From NCBI RefSeq assembly GCF_009914755.1, contig NC_060930.1: DNA of 64,000 nt. The stretch is one strand, 5' to 3'. The notes beneath the pieces were generated by a model. That model saw nothing but the letters and a program-made list of their open reading frames with translations. It made no database searches and was not told where the DNA came from. Below, in pieces: positions 11,804-25,573 of this stretch. The DNA comes from the human T2T-CHM13v2.0 reference genome, Homo sapiens. A program made the position numbers and the translations under genes. The stretch's first letter is position 1; every line of letters begins with the position of its first letter.

Positions 11804-14800
11804 GGTTTGTCCCTCTGCTCACCTGTGATAGAAGCCCAGCTTAGCCCCCCAGGCTGGGCCAGCCCCCAAGGCATCCTGGGGCACTTTCTCAGCAGCCTGG
11901 CCACTCCCAGCCCCCAGACACCTGTCCCCGCCACTCTCCCCACTCCCTAGGCTCCTCCGCCCTGCTGTCAGAGCAGAGCTGACACTGGGTAGTGCTGGTA
12001 AGTGCCACCCTGACCTCAGCAGCCCTGGAGGCAGTGCAGTGAGTGGCCTAAAGAGCTGTGCCAGGGATGGGACGTGACTGCCCCCCTGAACTCAGCTGCA
12101 GGCTTGGCCATGAGGAAAGCGATACCTCAGGGAGGCGGAGTGACCAGTGACATCAGCGTACGTGACTGTCAGCCCAGCTCTCCCCTCTGCCCTCCACCCT
12201 CCCCCACCCCACAGTGCCTGCCGAGCACACTGACCTTCAGCTCACGGGCACAGGCCTCTCTATGTGCCCGCTCCAAGGAGAGGGGCAGTGCCCAAGGGGA
12301 TGGGGCTGCTCTCTGACTCCTTGTCTTCTAAGTGAGTGCTCAGGGGGTGGAGGAGAACACAGGCCCCAGCCCTCTGCAGCCTGGGCTTCTGGATCAGGAG
12401 CCAGCTTCTTACTGGGTGACCCTCCCCGGCAGCCCTGCCCTGAGGAAACTGATCATTCTCTTGGCTCTGCGAGACCTTCCTTCTGAGTGTCTGGCAGGCT
12501 TCTAGTGACTTGAAGCCAGTGTAGAGGGCAACTGGCTTCCCACCCCGAGCCTGCTGATGGAACTGCCAGGCCTGCATCCCTAGGGGCAGAGTCCCTGCCC
12601 AGATGAGCAGTGCTGGCTGTCCCAGGGAAGCAAGTTCAACTACCTTGGATGACCACCATTTGTCCCCGAGATGGCTTCTGCAAAAGCCTGTCTAAGTGCC
12701 CCCCTAGACCCCACCCAAGGAGTGCCAGGTCCAGAGCTCAGCATTCTATTATAGCTTCCAGCCTGGGGAAGACCAGTCAGAGACACCAAAAACTAGACCA
12801 CAGTTGCCAAATTTGTTCCCTTGTGCACTTTTGTCAGTGAATATATCATTGTGCATCTCAGTATAGGTATATTTCTTTATTTAAAAATTATGTATGTTAA
12901 GGCCAACATTGCAGGTAGGCTGAAGTGTAATACTAGTTGTGGCAAGAAAAATCATCAAAACAGCAAGACATCTAACAGGGACATCCAGGAGCACGAAAGC
13001 CATAGTGAGCCTTGATGAGCTCCCACCTACCCCTGACGATGTGGAAGGTTGTATGCACACTGGGGGAGACTGAAAGAGCTTGGCTATCTACTCATCCCTG
13101 GCTGAGCATACAGAGAGTTAAATTCAGGGGAGACCTGTGAACCCCCTGAAGTTTGAATATGTTCCCCAACCCACATACAGATCCATTGGCAGAGGGTAGA
13201 AACCTTATGAGATCAAGGTATTTAAGCATAATCTACCTCTGACCAATCACTGGCTGAACACTAAGTTATGCTGACCCAGGGGCAATTCCTAGGAAGCCAG
13301 GCTGAAAAATTAAAACAAAAATTAAAAATAAAACAAAACTGAGCAGAGATATCAGCGGCCTCACACTGTGAGGAAGACAGATTCCATAGAATCAGCCTAG
13401 GCAAATCCCTAGACAACCAATCAACCAACAAAAACCTCAGCAACAACAACCCAGGTGGTGGTGGTGGTGCTGGTTGTGAATCAGCATTCAGAATTGCTAC
13501 AGTGTATTATCAAAAATGTCTGGTTTTCAGCAAGAAACTGTAAGACATGCAAATAAACAGGAACGTGTAATCCATTCAGAGGGAAAAAGCAGTCAAGAGA
13601 AACTGTCTTTGAGGTGTCCAGATGTTGCATTTGACAGACAAAGACTTCAAAGAAGCTATTATAAATGTTGTCAAAATAACAGAACCCATGTACAAAGAAT
13701 TAAGGAAATACTCTCATCAAATTATTCATCAAATAGAAAATATCAATAAAAAGGTAGAAATTATGTATATTTTTGAAAAGAACTGGAAATTCTGGAATTG
13801 AAAAGTATAACTGCAATGAAAAATTTACAGCAGGGGTCTAACAGCAACTTGGAACTGGAAGAATAAAGAATCAGAAAACCTAAAGATAGATCAATTGAGA
13901 TTATCCAAGCTGAAAAACAGAAAGTAAAAAAGAACAAGGAAAAATGAACAGGGCCTCAGAGATCTGTGGAGCATTGTCAAACATATCACTATACACATAA
14001 TGGGAGTTTCGGAAGGAGAGAAAAGGGCAGAAAAAATACGTGAAGAAATAGTGGCCAAAAAGCTTCCAAATTTGATGAAAGGCATTACACATTCAAACAA
14101 AGTGCAAATAGGCTAAATACAAAAAGATCCATAGACAAACACCATAGTAACCCTGTTGAAAGACAGAGACAGGGAAAATCTTGACGGCAGCAAGAGAAAA
14201 AGGATGCATTACATAGAAGGGAACTACAATATAATTAACAGCTGATTTCAGATCAGAAACAATGGAGGCCAGAAGGAGGTGGGATGGCATATTCAAAGTG
14301 CTGAAAAGAAGACAAAAACTGTCAACCAAGTAGTCATATCTAATACAAGTATTCCTTTAAAATGAAACTGAAATAAAGACATTCCCAGGTAAACAAAGGG
14401 TGAGAATTTGTTGTTGGCATGCGTGTCTACAAGAAGTACTCAAGGAAGTCCTTCGGGCTGAAAGGAAATGACATCAGACAGTGACATGAATCCACTTGAA
14501 GAAGTAAAGAACACACAAAAAAGGTAACTACATAGGTAAATGTAAGACACTATAAATACATTTTTCTTTTAACTTATCTAAACGACAATTGCATAAAATA
14601 CTAATTATAAAATTACTATTGACCCTTGAACAACACAGGTTAGAACTGCACAGGTCCATTTATACATGGATTTTTCTCAGTAAATATATTGGTAAATGTT
14701 TTGGAGATTTTGCAACAATTTGAAAAAACCTGCAGGCAAACTGTGTAGCCTGTCAATATCAAAAAAAAATAAGAAAAAGGCAGGTATGTCATGAATGCAT

Positions 14801-15993
14801 AAAACACGTGTAGCTACTAGTCATTTTATCATTTACTACCATAAAATGTACACAAATCTAATATAAAAAGTTAATAATTTATCAAAATGTACACACACAA
14901 ACACAGATTGTAAATGACACTATTCATAGTTGAGAGTAATGTAAACATAAAAATACAGCATTAAGTTATAACTGCATAAAATTAACTGTAGTGTATGCTG
15001 TACTGCTATAATAATTTCGTAGCTACCTCTTGTTGCTATTGTGGTGAACTCAAGTGTTGTAGGGCTTAAAATGCCATGCAATGTTAATCATCTCTGCATG
15101 AGCAGTTCATCTCTCCAGTAAATTGCGTATCACAGTAAAGAAAGATCTCTTGCTGTTCTCACATATCTTTCATTGTATTTAGTGCAATGCTGTAAACTTT
15201 GAATAACACCATGGGATCTATACGAAGTGCCACTAGTGATGCTGGAAGTGCTCCCAAGAAGCAGAGGAAAGTCATTACGTTCAAGAAAAACTTGAATTGC
15301 TTGATATATACTGTAGACTGAGGTCTGCAGCTGTGGTTACCCACCATTTCAAGATAAACAAATCCACTGTAAGGACCACCGTGAAAAAAAGAAAAGGAAA
15401 TTTGTGAAGCCATCACTGCAGCTATGCCAGTAGGCACAAAACCTTGCACTTTTTGTAAAATGTCTTTTTATCAGCTTGTATGGTGAGTGCAGGATTGCTA
15501 TAAGAAAAGTATACCTAATATTCAAGAAGTAAAGTAATTATATGACAAGTTAAAGCAAAAGGAAGGTAAAGACTCTAAAGCTGGAGAATTTAATGCCAGC
15601 AAAGGATGGTTTAATAATTTTAAAAAGAGGTTTGGCTTGAAAAATATTAAGATAACAGAAGCTGCTTCTGCCAACCAAGGGGTGGCAAATTCCCAGAATT
15701 AAGAAAATCATTGAGGAGAAAGGATATCTGCCTGAACAGGTTTTTAATGCGGAGAAAAGTGACCTATTCTTGAGGAGGATGGAAGAAACACCACAAAGAA
15801 CAGTTATTAATAAGAAACGGAAGTGAGCACCAGGACTTAAGCAGGAAAAGATAGGCAAATGCTATTGTTTTGTGCAAATGCAGTTGGGTTTATAATAAGC
15901 ACTGCCTTTATCCATAAAGCTACTAACCCTTGAGCCTCAAGGGGAAAAGGTAAACAGCTGCAGTCTTTTGACTGTACAACAAGAAGGCCTGAA

Positions 15994-16560
15994 TTGTCCC
16001 AGCAGTGGGGGTTCCCACCTCTAATCCCAACACTTTGGGAGGCCCAGGCAGGATCCCTTGAGGCCAGGAATTCAAGATCAGCCTGGACAACATGACGAGA
16101 CCCTGTCTTTACAAAAAGAGAAGAAGAAGAAGGAGAAGGAGAAGGAGGAGAAGGAGAAGGAGGAGGAGGAGGAGAAGAAGAAGGAGAAGAAGAAGAAGAA
16201 GGAGGAGGAGGAGGAGAAGAAGAAGAAGAAGAAGAAGAAGAAGAAGAAGAAGAAGAAGAAGAAGAAGAAGGGGAGGAGGAGGAGAGGAAGAAAAAGAAGA
16301 AGAAGAGGAGGAGGAGGAGGAGAGGAAGAAGAAGAAGAGGAGGAGGAGGAGGGAGAGGAGGAAGGAGAAGAAGAAGAGGAAAAATTTAAAATATTAGCTG
16401 GCATGGTGGTGTGGGCCTGTAATCCTGGCTACTTGGGAAGCTGAGATGGGAGATTGGTTGAGCCCAGGAGTTCAAGGTTACAATAAGCTATGACTGCACT
16501 ACACTCTACCCTGGGCAACAGAGCAGGATGCTGTCTTTATTTTTAAAAAATAAGAAGAAG
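15994..16560 (+). mobile_element. AluJ with expanded GAA/GGA middle linker
   Basis: Both Alu arms present; TSD aagaaggcctgaa (15981-93) / aagaaagcctgaa (16561-73). Confidence 0.92.
16113..16384. repeat. 272-bp polypurine (GAA/GGA) tract including (GAA)18
   Basis: No pyrimidine on the + strand from 16113 to 16384; pure (GAA)18 at 16216-16269. Confidence 0.97.
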
Positions 16561-19500
16561 AAGAAAGCCTGAACAACAAGAACACTTTTTCTGGATTTGT
16601 TCAATGATACTTTGTCCTTGAAGTCAAGAAGTACCTTGACATTAAGGGACTGCCTTTTAAAGTTCTTTTGATATTAGGCTATACCCCTAGCTACCCAGAA
16701 CCCCATGACTTCAATACTGAAGGTGTCGAAGTGATCTATTTGCCCCCAAAATGATGTCTCTAATTCAGCCGCTAAATCGGGGGGATCATAAGGGCCTTTA
16801 AGGCTCATTACACTTGGTATTCTATGGAAAGGATTGTCAACGCTATGGAAGAGAACCCTGATAGAGAGAACAACATGAAAGTCTAGAAGAATTACACCTG
16901 TGAAGATGCCGTTGTTATAGAGAAAGCTGTGAAAGCCATCAAGCCCTAAACAATAAATTCTTGCTGGAGAAGACTGTGTCCAGATGTAGCGCCTGACTTA
17001 ACAGGATGTACAAATGAGCCAAACATGGAAATCATGAAAGAGGTTGTGTGCACGGCAAAAAAAAAAAAAAAAAAAAAAAAGGAGGAGAGTGAAGGATTTC
17101 AAGATATGGATCTTGGAGAAATTCAAGAGCTAATAGACACCACACCAGAGAAATTGACAGAAGATGACCTGATGAAGATGAGTGCTTCCAAACCCATGCA
17201 AGACAATGAGGAAGAAGACATAGAAGAAGCAGTGCCAGAAAACAAATTGACATTAGACAATTTGGCAGATGAGTTCTATTATCCAAGACTGCTTTTGACT
17301 TCTTTCACAACGTAGACCCTTCTGTGATATAAGCACAAAACTAAAGCAGATAGTGGAAGAAGGATTAGTATCATATAGAAACCTGTTTAGAGAAATGAAA
17401 AAGCAAAAAGGCAGAAAATATTATGTATTTCCATAAAATTACACCAACTATGCCTGCCTTTCCTGCTTCCCCTTCCACCTCCTCCACCTCTTCCATCTCT
17501 GCCACTCCTGAGACAGCAAGACCAAGCCCTCATCTTCCTCCTCCTCCTCCGCCTACTCCATGTGGAGACGATCAGGATGAAGACCTTTATGATGATCCAC
17601 TTTCACTTAATGAATAGTAAATATATTTTCCTTGTGATTTTCATAATAACATTTTCTTTCCTCTAGCTTACTTTATTGTAAGAATATAGTACATACTACA
17701 TATAACATAGAAAAATATGTGCTAACATACTGTTTATGTTATTAGGCTTCTGGTCAATAGTAGGCTAGTAGTGGTTAAATGTGGGGGGAGTCAAAAGTTA
17801 TACGTAGATTTTCAACTGTGAAGGGGGTCAGTGTCCCAGCCTCTGCATTGTTCAAGGGTCAATTGTATATTGTTGGGTTTATAACATATGAAGATGTAAT
17901 ATATATGATAATAATAGCACAAAAATGCTAGAGAGTAGAGCTATATTGGAGCAAGGAAAAGACAACAGAAAATAACTCAAATCCAGAGGAAAAAATGAAG
18001 AGCACCAATATGGTAAATATGTGGGTTAATATAAAAGATTCTATAAGTTTATTTTTCCCCTTTCTTCCCTAAAATTCCTTAAGAGACATAAAATGACACA
18101 AAGCAATAAACCCAACATTGTCTTGTTGGATTTGTAACATATATGGATGTAATACACACAACAGTAATAGCACAAAGGATGGGGAAGGGAATGGACTTAT
18201 ATTAGAGCAAAGTTTCTATAATTTATTGAAATTGCATTAGTATTAATCTGAAATAGATTGTAATAAATTATAATGCATGTTATAACCCCTAGAATGAGAA
18301 CTAAGAAAATAACTCAAATATATAATAAAACAACAACAAAGAGTTTAAAAGGTACACTAGAAAAATATTTAACACAAAAGAAGGCAATAAAGGAAAGCTG
18401 AGAAAAGAAAGACATGAAACACGGAAAAAAAATAGCAAAACTTCAGAGACAAATCCAACCATATCAATAATGACACTAAATGTGAATGACTTAAACACTC
18501 CAATCAAAAGTCAGAGATTATCAGATTGGACTTAAAAACAAAATCTATTTATATGCTGTCTTTAGAGCAAAAGACATACATAGGTTGGAAGTAAAAGAAT
18601 GGGAAAACATAAACCTACACATATAAATATATAAAAACATATGCAGATAATAACCATAAGAAAGCTAGAGTGGCCATATAATTATTAGCCAAAAAAGACT
18701 TCAACACCAATTATATTTGTATTTGTCTAATATAATTATTTGACAAAACAGACTTTAAAACCAAAAAATGATAGTAGAGACAAAGAGTGACATTATATAA
18801 TAATAAAAGGGTCATTTCATCAGAAAGACATAATAATTAAACACATATCCACCTAAAACAGAGCTCCCAAAATACATGAAACAAAACTAACAGAAACAAA
18901 GGATGAGATAAGATAATTCAACAATAATAGTTGCAGATTTCAATACTCCATTCTCAATAATGTATAGAACAACTAGACAGAAAGCCAGCAAGAATATACA
19001 AGACTTGAGCAACACCATCACCAACTTAATCTGCCATCTAGGGAACGCTGTCCCCAAAATGGCAGGAATATACATTCTTTTCAAGCGCGCAAAGAATTCA
19101 CCAGAACAGACCATATACTAGGCCATAAAACAAGATTCAATGAGTTGAAAAAAATTAAAATCATACAAAGTATGTTTACTACCACAAAAAATACATTAGA
19201 AATAAACAACAGAAGAAAATTTAGAAAATCCACAAATATTTGGAAATTAAACAAAACATTTCTAAATAATAATGGGTCAAAAAAGAAATCACAAGGCAAA
19301 TTTAAAAGTATTTTGAACTGAATGAACACAAAAACAACATATCAAAATGTATAGAATCTAAATCAGTGCTTAGTAGTAAACTTATGCCTTTAAAAACCTA
19401 CATTAGCAAAAAAAGAGAAAGATGTCAAATCAATAACCTAAACTTCCACGGTAAGAAATCAGAAAAAGAAGAGCAAACTAAACCCAAAGCAATCCCAAGT

Positions 19501-19847
19501 AAGGAAATAATAAAGATTAGAACCGAGATTAATAAAATAGAAAACATAAAAACAATAGAGAAGAATCAATGAAACTCAAATGTAACGGTCAATAAAATTG
19601 TCAAATGTTTAGCTAGACTGACCAAGACAAAAAGAAAAAGACACAGATTATTGAAATCAAAACTGAAGGAGGGAACATCACTACTAACCTCACAGAAAGT
19701 AAAAGAATGACAAAGAATACCATGAATAACTTTATACAAACAAATTAGACAACTTAGATGCTTAACATCATTAGCCATCTGAAAAATGCAAATTAAAACC
19801 ACAATGAGACATCACTTTACACCAACTATCATGATACGGAGGAATAG

Positions 19848-20256
<409 letters not shown>

Positions 20257-20909
20257 TAGTTTCTTAAAAGTTAAACATAAATGTATCACGTGACGCAGCA
20301 ATTCCACTCCTAGGTATATACCCAAGAGAAGTGAAATTGTATGTCCACACAAAAACCATGAATATCCATGGGAGCATTAATCATAACAGCCAAAAAGTGG
20401 AAACCACCTAAGTGACCACCAACTGGTGAATGCTTTGAGAAAATGTGGTGTATTACACAACAGAATACTATTCAGCCATAAAGAAAAACCAAACACTGAT
20501 AAATATTACAACATGGATGAACCTGAAAAACATTATGTTAACTTCAAGGACACCAGACATAAAAGACCACATATTGTATGATTCCATTTATATGAAATTT
20601 TCAGGAGAGGCAAATCTACAGAGACAGAAAAGTAGATTCATGATGGTGGCCTGGGGGTCAGGGTGAGAACCAGGAATGACTGCAAAGGGTCAGAAGGGAT
20701 TGCTTTTGGAGTGATGGAAGTGTTCTAAAATTGCTGGATTATGATGATGGTTGTACTACAAATCATTGAATTGTGCACTCAAAATGGGTGGATTTTATGG
20801 TATACAAGTTATACTCATAAAGTTATTTTTAAAATTATATACTTGTACTACATATAAAAATATATATTTATGAAGAAAGAAATGTTAAAGGATAAGATAA
20901 ATATAATTT

Positions 20910-21191
20910 GCTGGGCTTGGTGGCTGACACCTGTAATCCCAGTACTTTGGGAGGCCAAGGCAGAAAGATTGCTTAGCCCCAGGAGTTGGAATCTAGGTTG
21001 GGCAACACAGTGAGACCCTGTCTCTACAAAAAATAAGAAAATTAGCCAGACATGGTGGCCCATGCCTGCAGTCCCAGCTACTCAGGATGCTGAAGCAAGA
21101 GGATCATTTGAGCCCAAGAGGTCAAGACTGCTGAGTCATGATCATGACACTGCACTCCAACCTAAGTGACAGAGCGAGACTCTGTCTCAAA
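20910..21191 (+). mobile_element. AluJ whose tail merges into an AT-rich VNTR
   Basis: Diverged Alu dimer ending gagactctgtctcaaa, followed directly by (TA)n. Confidence 0.92.
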
Positions 21192-23740
21192 TATATATAT
21201 ATATATAAACTTATACATATGTATTATATATATATAAACTTATACATATGTATTATATATATAAACTTATACATATGCATTATATATAAACTTATATCTG
21301 TATTATATAAATATATATATTTATATAATATATAATACATATATAAACTTATATATATTATATATGTATATAATATATAATACATATATAAACTTATATA
21401 TGTATTATATATGCATATGTATTATATATAAACTTATATATGTATTATATATGTATATGTATTATATATAAACTTATATATGTATTATATATAACGTATA
21501 TAAACTTATATATGTTATATATAATATATATAAACTTATATATGTATTAGATATAATATATAAACACTTATATATTGGATATAATATATAAACACTTATA
21601 TATTGGATATAATATATAAACACTTATATATTGGATATAATATATAAACACTTATATATTGGATATAATATATAAACACTTATATATTAGATATAATATA
21701 TAAACTTATATATGTATTATATATAATATATATAAACTTATATATGTGTTATATATAATATATATAAACTTATATATGTGTTATATATAATATATATAAA
21801 CTTATATATGTATTATATATAAGCATATATATAAACTTATATATGTATTATATATAAGCATATATAAACTTATATATGTTATATAAGTATATATAAACTT
21901 ATATATGTGTTATATATAAGTATATATAAACTTATATATGTGTTATATATAAGTATATATAAACATATATGTATTATATATAATATATATAAACATATAT
22001 GTATTATATATAACATATAAAACATATATGTATTATATAAGTATATATAAACATATATGTATTATATATAAGTTTATATATATAAACTTATATATGTATT
22101 ATATATGTATATATAAACTCATATATGTATTATATGTAAGCTTATGTATATAAACTCATATATGTATTATATGTAAGCTTATGTATATAAACTCATATAT
22201 GTATTATATGTAAGCTTATGTATATAAACTCATATATGTATTATATGTAAGCTTATGTATATAAACTCATATATGTATTATATGTAAGCTTATGTATATA
22301 AACTCATATATGTATTATATGTAAGCTTATGTATATAAACTCATATATGTATTATATGTAAGCTTATGTATATAAACTCATATATGTATTATATGTAAGC
22401 TTATGTATATAAACTCATATATGTATTATATGTAAGCTTATGTATATAAACTCATATATGTATTATATGTAAGCTTATGTATATAAACTCATATATGTAT
22501 TATATGTAAGCTTATGTATATAAACTCATATATGTATTATATGTAAGCTTATGTATATAAACTCATATATGTATTATATGTAAGCTTATGTATATAAACT
22601 CATATATGTATTATATGTAAGCTTATGTATATAAACTCATATATGTATTATATGTAAGCTTATGTATATAAACTCATATATGTATTATATGTAAGCTTAT
22701 GTATATAAACTCATATATGTATTATATGTAAGTTTATGTATATAAACTCATATATGTATTATATGTAAGTTTATGTATATAAACTCATATATGTATTATA
22801 TATAAGTTTATGTATATAAACTCATATATGTATTATATATATGTTTATGTATATAAACTTACATACATATTATATATGTTTATGTATATAACATATGTTT
22901 ATGTATATAACACATATACATATATGTGTATATAACATATACATGTTATATATACATATAACATATACATGTTATATATACATATAACATATACATGTTA
23001 TATATACATATAACATATACATGTTATATATACATATAACATATACATGTTATATATACATATAACATATACATATGTGTTATGTATATAAACTTATATA
23101 TGTATTATATATTGTAATACATATTATATATGTATTATATATTGTAATACATATTATATATGTATTATATATTGTAATACATATTATATATGTATTATAT
23201 ATTGTAATACATATTATATATGTATTATATATTGTAATACATATTATATATGTATTATATATTGTAATACATATTATATATGTATTATATATTGTAATAC
23301 ATATTATATATGTATTATATATAAGTTTATATACATAAACTTATATATGTATTATATATAAGTTTATATACATAAACTTATATATGTATTATATATATCA
23401 CTTATATATGTATTATATATAGTTTATATATAATATATAATTATATATATAAATTATATATAATATATTATATATAATATATATAAAGTATATATTATAT
23501 ATATTATATAATATATAATATATATTATATATAAAGTATATATTATATATATTATATAATATATAATATATATTATATATAAAGTATATATTATATATAA
23601 TATATTATATAATATATATTATATATAAAGTATATATTATATATAATATATTATATAATATATATTATATATCAAGTATATATATATAATATATATAATA
23701 TATATTATAAACTTATATATATGTATTATATGTATATAAG
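21190..23740. repeat. Compound AT-rich minisatellite/VNTR (~2.55 kb)
   Basis: Sub-arrays: 28-bp unit (~21550-21700); 37-bp unit aactcatatatgtattatatgtaagcttatgtatata (~22115-22850, 16 units with AAGCTT); 26-bp unit (~22930-23075); 30-bp unit x7 perfect (23101-23310). Confidence 0.97.
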
Positions 23741-23794
23741 CTCTTCCCACTTTGGAAATCATTGACTTCAACTACAAGGAAGGGCATGTCGTCC

Positions 23795-23945
23795 ACCGGT
23801 TAAGTTTGTGGGCCCTGGAGCCAGGCTGCCTGAGTTCAAATCTTGGCTCTGCCACATACTAGCTGAGGGACTTCGGGGAAGCAATGTAACCTCTTCCGGG
23901 TTGGTCTTTCATTTGTAAAATGGGATGATGAGTATAATAGCAATT
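23795..23945 (+). mobile_element. MIR SINE
   Basis: ctggagccaggctgcctgagttcaaatcttggctctgccac...tttgtaaaatgggatgatg. Confidence 0.85.
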
Positions 23946-25249
23946 AAGCAGAATAGCCAGGGGCTCCTTGAAAGGACAAAGACAGCATGGCCACTCCCAT
24001 ACCATCCCTAGGATGACCACTGGGTGCAAGCCCATTGCCCCTTAGAAGATTCCTCATCCCCAACTTCCAGGCAAGGCAGACTCACCAACCAATCCATAAA
24101 GCACCTACTGTGTGCTTAGCACCAAGCAGGTAGGTTTGAAGGATGATGCTCCCCTGACCCCAGACATACACAATATGCTGACTGCTTAATGGGTTCACAG
24201 AGTCTCATGAGAACTTTTCTCCATTGTGCAGGATGGGGAAACTGAGGGCCAAAGAGAGGACACTAGGTCTTTAGAACACAAGCAGGACTTTCTTCCCAGG
24301 GCTGGAAAGAACTTTGAAAAGGAAATGTCAAAAGCACAATGGCAATTCTGAGCCAAGCAGGGAGGAAGGAGAGAGGGGAGCTGAGAGGGAATGATAGTGC
24401 ATGGAGGAGCAGGCTGTGGATGTGGGAGTGTATAAGCTGCAGCCTGGTGCTCTGCGAGGAGCTGCCAGTGAGCCACCAGCCTTTGCAGAGCAGAGAACTC
24501 AGGTGGTGGGAGAGCTGAGCCCAACTCTTGCAGATCACTTGGTTGAGGGGAGGACTCACTGGCTATCCTGGCTCCCTGGCCAAGCCCCATCCCCATGTCC
24601 ACCCACTCCCACCTACCTTGCCCAATCTGCACTGGGCCCTGGAGGATGTTGCCAAACACTAGGTCATTGACCTTGGGTGTGGGGTGGGCACAGCAGGGAA
24701 GGTGGGGGGTGGGAGAGGGGCCAGCAATCCCTGTTTGACTGGAGCTGTTCCAGGGCTGCTTGGGCTGACCCGACTGCTCCCATGTCATTGCTGAGCTGTC
24801 GGGGCTGTAGAGTCACTTGCCTTACAAATCTGGAGGCAGCAGGCTGTGTGGACTCTGGCCTGGTGCCCCCTCTCTGTGGCAGTACCTGGTGTGTGTGTGT
24901 GGGGCCTTCCAGGTGCCTGACCCCTGCCCACCCCAACTTGCTGCACCCTCTCCCGGGAACATTCTCAGTGGAAGCTCATAATCTCCTTTTAAAAATCCTG
25001 GTTCACCCCAGACTGACTTGTAGAGGCCACTCCAACCTCCCACCTCGCCCACATTAGGATTCCAACCAGATAATTTCAAATGACACCCCACCCCCCAACC
25101 TCCTGCTGCTGACAGCTTCCTCCTTCTTCCTAGCTAGCTCTTCCTCCATTCATTGTCCCCTCCTAACTCTCCCCCATCTCCCTCCCTCTTAGCCAGCTCA
25201 CAGGCAGGACAGGGCAGAGATTCAGGAGGGCAAAGTCTTCACCCCAGGA

Positions 25250-25390
25250 ATGAGGTGGTTTGAGTTCCCAGTTTTGTCCCTTATTGCTGTGAGACCTTGG
25301 ACAAGTTATTCAATGTGTGTCTTAGTTTCTTCATCTATGAAGTGGGATTAATAATAGTACCAATCTCTTGGAGTCATCAGAAAGACTAGA
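25250..25390 (+). mobile_element. MIR SINE fragment
   Basis: gctgtgagaccttggacaagtta...ttagtttcttcatctatgaagtgggattaataatagtacc. Confidence 0.8.
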
Positions 25391-25573
25391 GGGAGTGGTC
25401 ATTATTATTAATTCCTTACCAACCTCCCTTCCCCCACACCCCTCCTCATCCAGCCTTCACCCTCTCTACTCCCCCAACCCCCAATATACACACAGGAATC
25501 GGGAATTACATAGAGGGTGAGACGTATACCAATGGCACTTCATCAGAACTACTGCCTTTCTGAGACCTGAGGG

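Larger units (their letters stand above)
14616..17865 (+). mobile_element. Near full-length Tigger2 (TcMar-Tigger) DNA transposon with decayed transposase
   Basis: TIRs ctattgacccttgaacaacac / gcattgttcaagggtcaattg; TA target duplication at 14614-15 and 17866-67; transposase remnants MGSIRSATSDAGSAPKKQRKVIT (from 15211) and an acidic C-terminus (ORF 17025..17315); ~2.7 kb after removing the Alu. Confidence 0.92.

Noticed and set aside
16058-16444. Poly-K/E, poly-R and poly-F/S ORFs
   Set aside because: Translations of the GAA/GGA tract inside an Alu, not genes
17025-17315. Acidic ORF as a domesticated TIGD-like gene
   Set aside because: Only the C-terminal remnant of a disrupted Tigger2 transposase
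22115-22850. 37-bp repeat array as a CRISPR-like locus
   Set aside because: Head-to-tail units with no unique spacers, eukaryotic context and no cas genes
23075-23338. ORF with IIYVLYIVIH repeats
   Set aside because: In-frame read-through of the 30-bp VNTR unit
24195-24788. 197-aa minus-strand ORF
   Set aside because: No recognisable domain, low-information composition, ends in a MIR; expected by chance in GC-rich DNA
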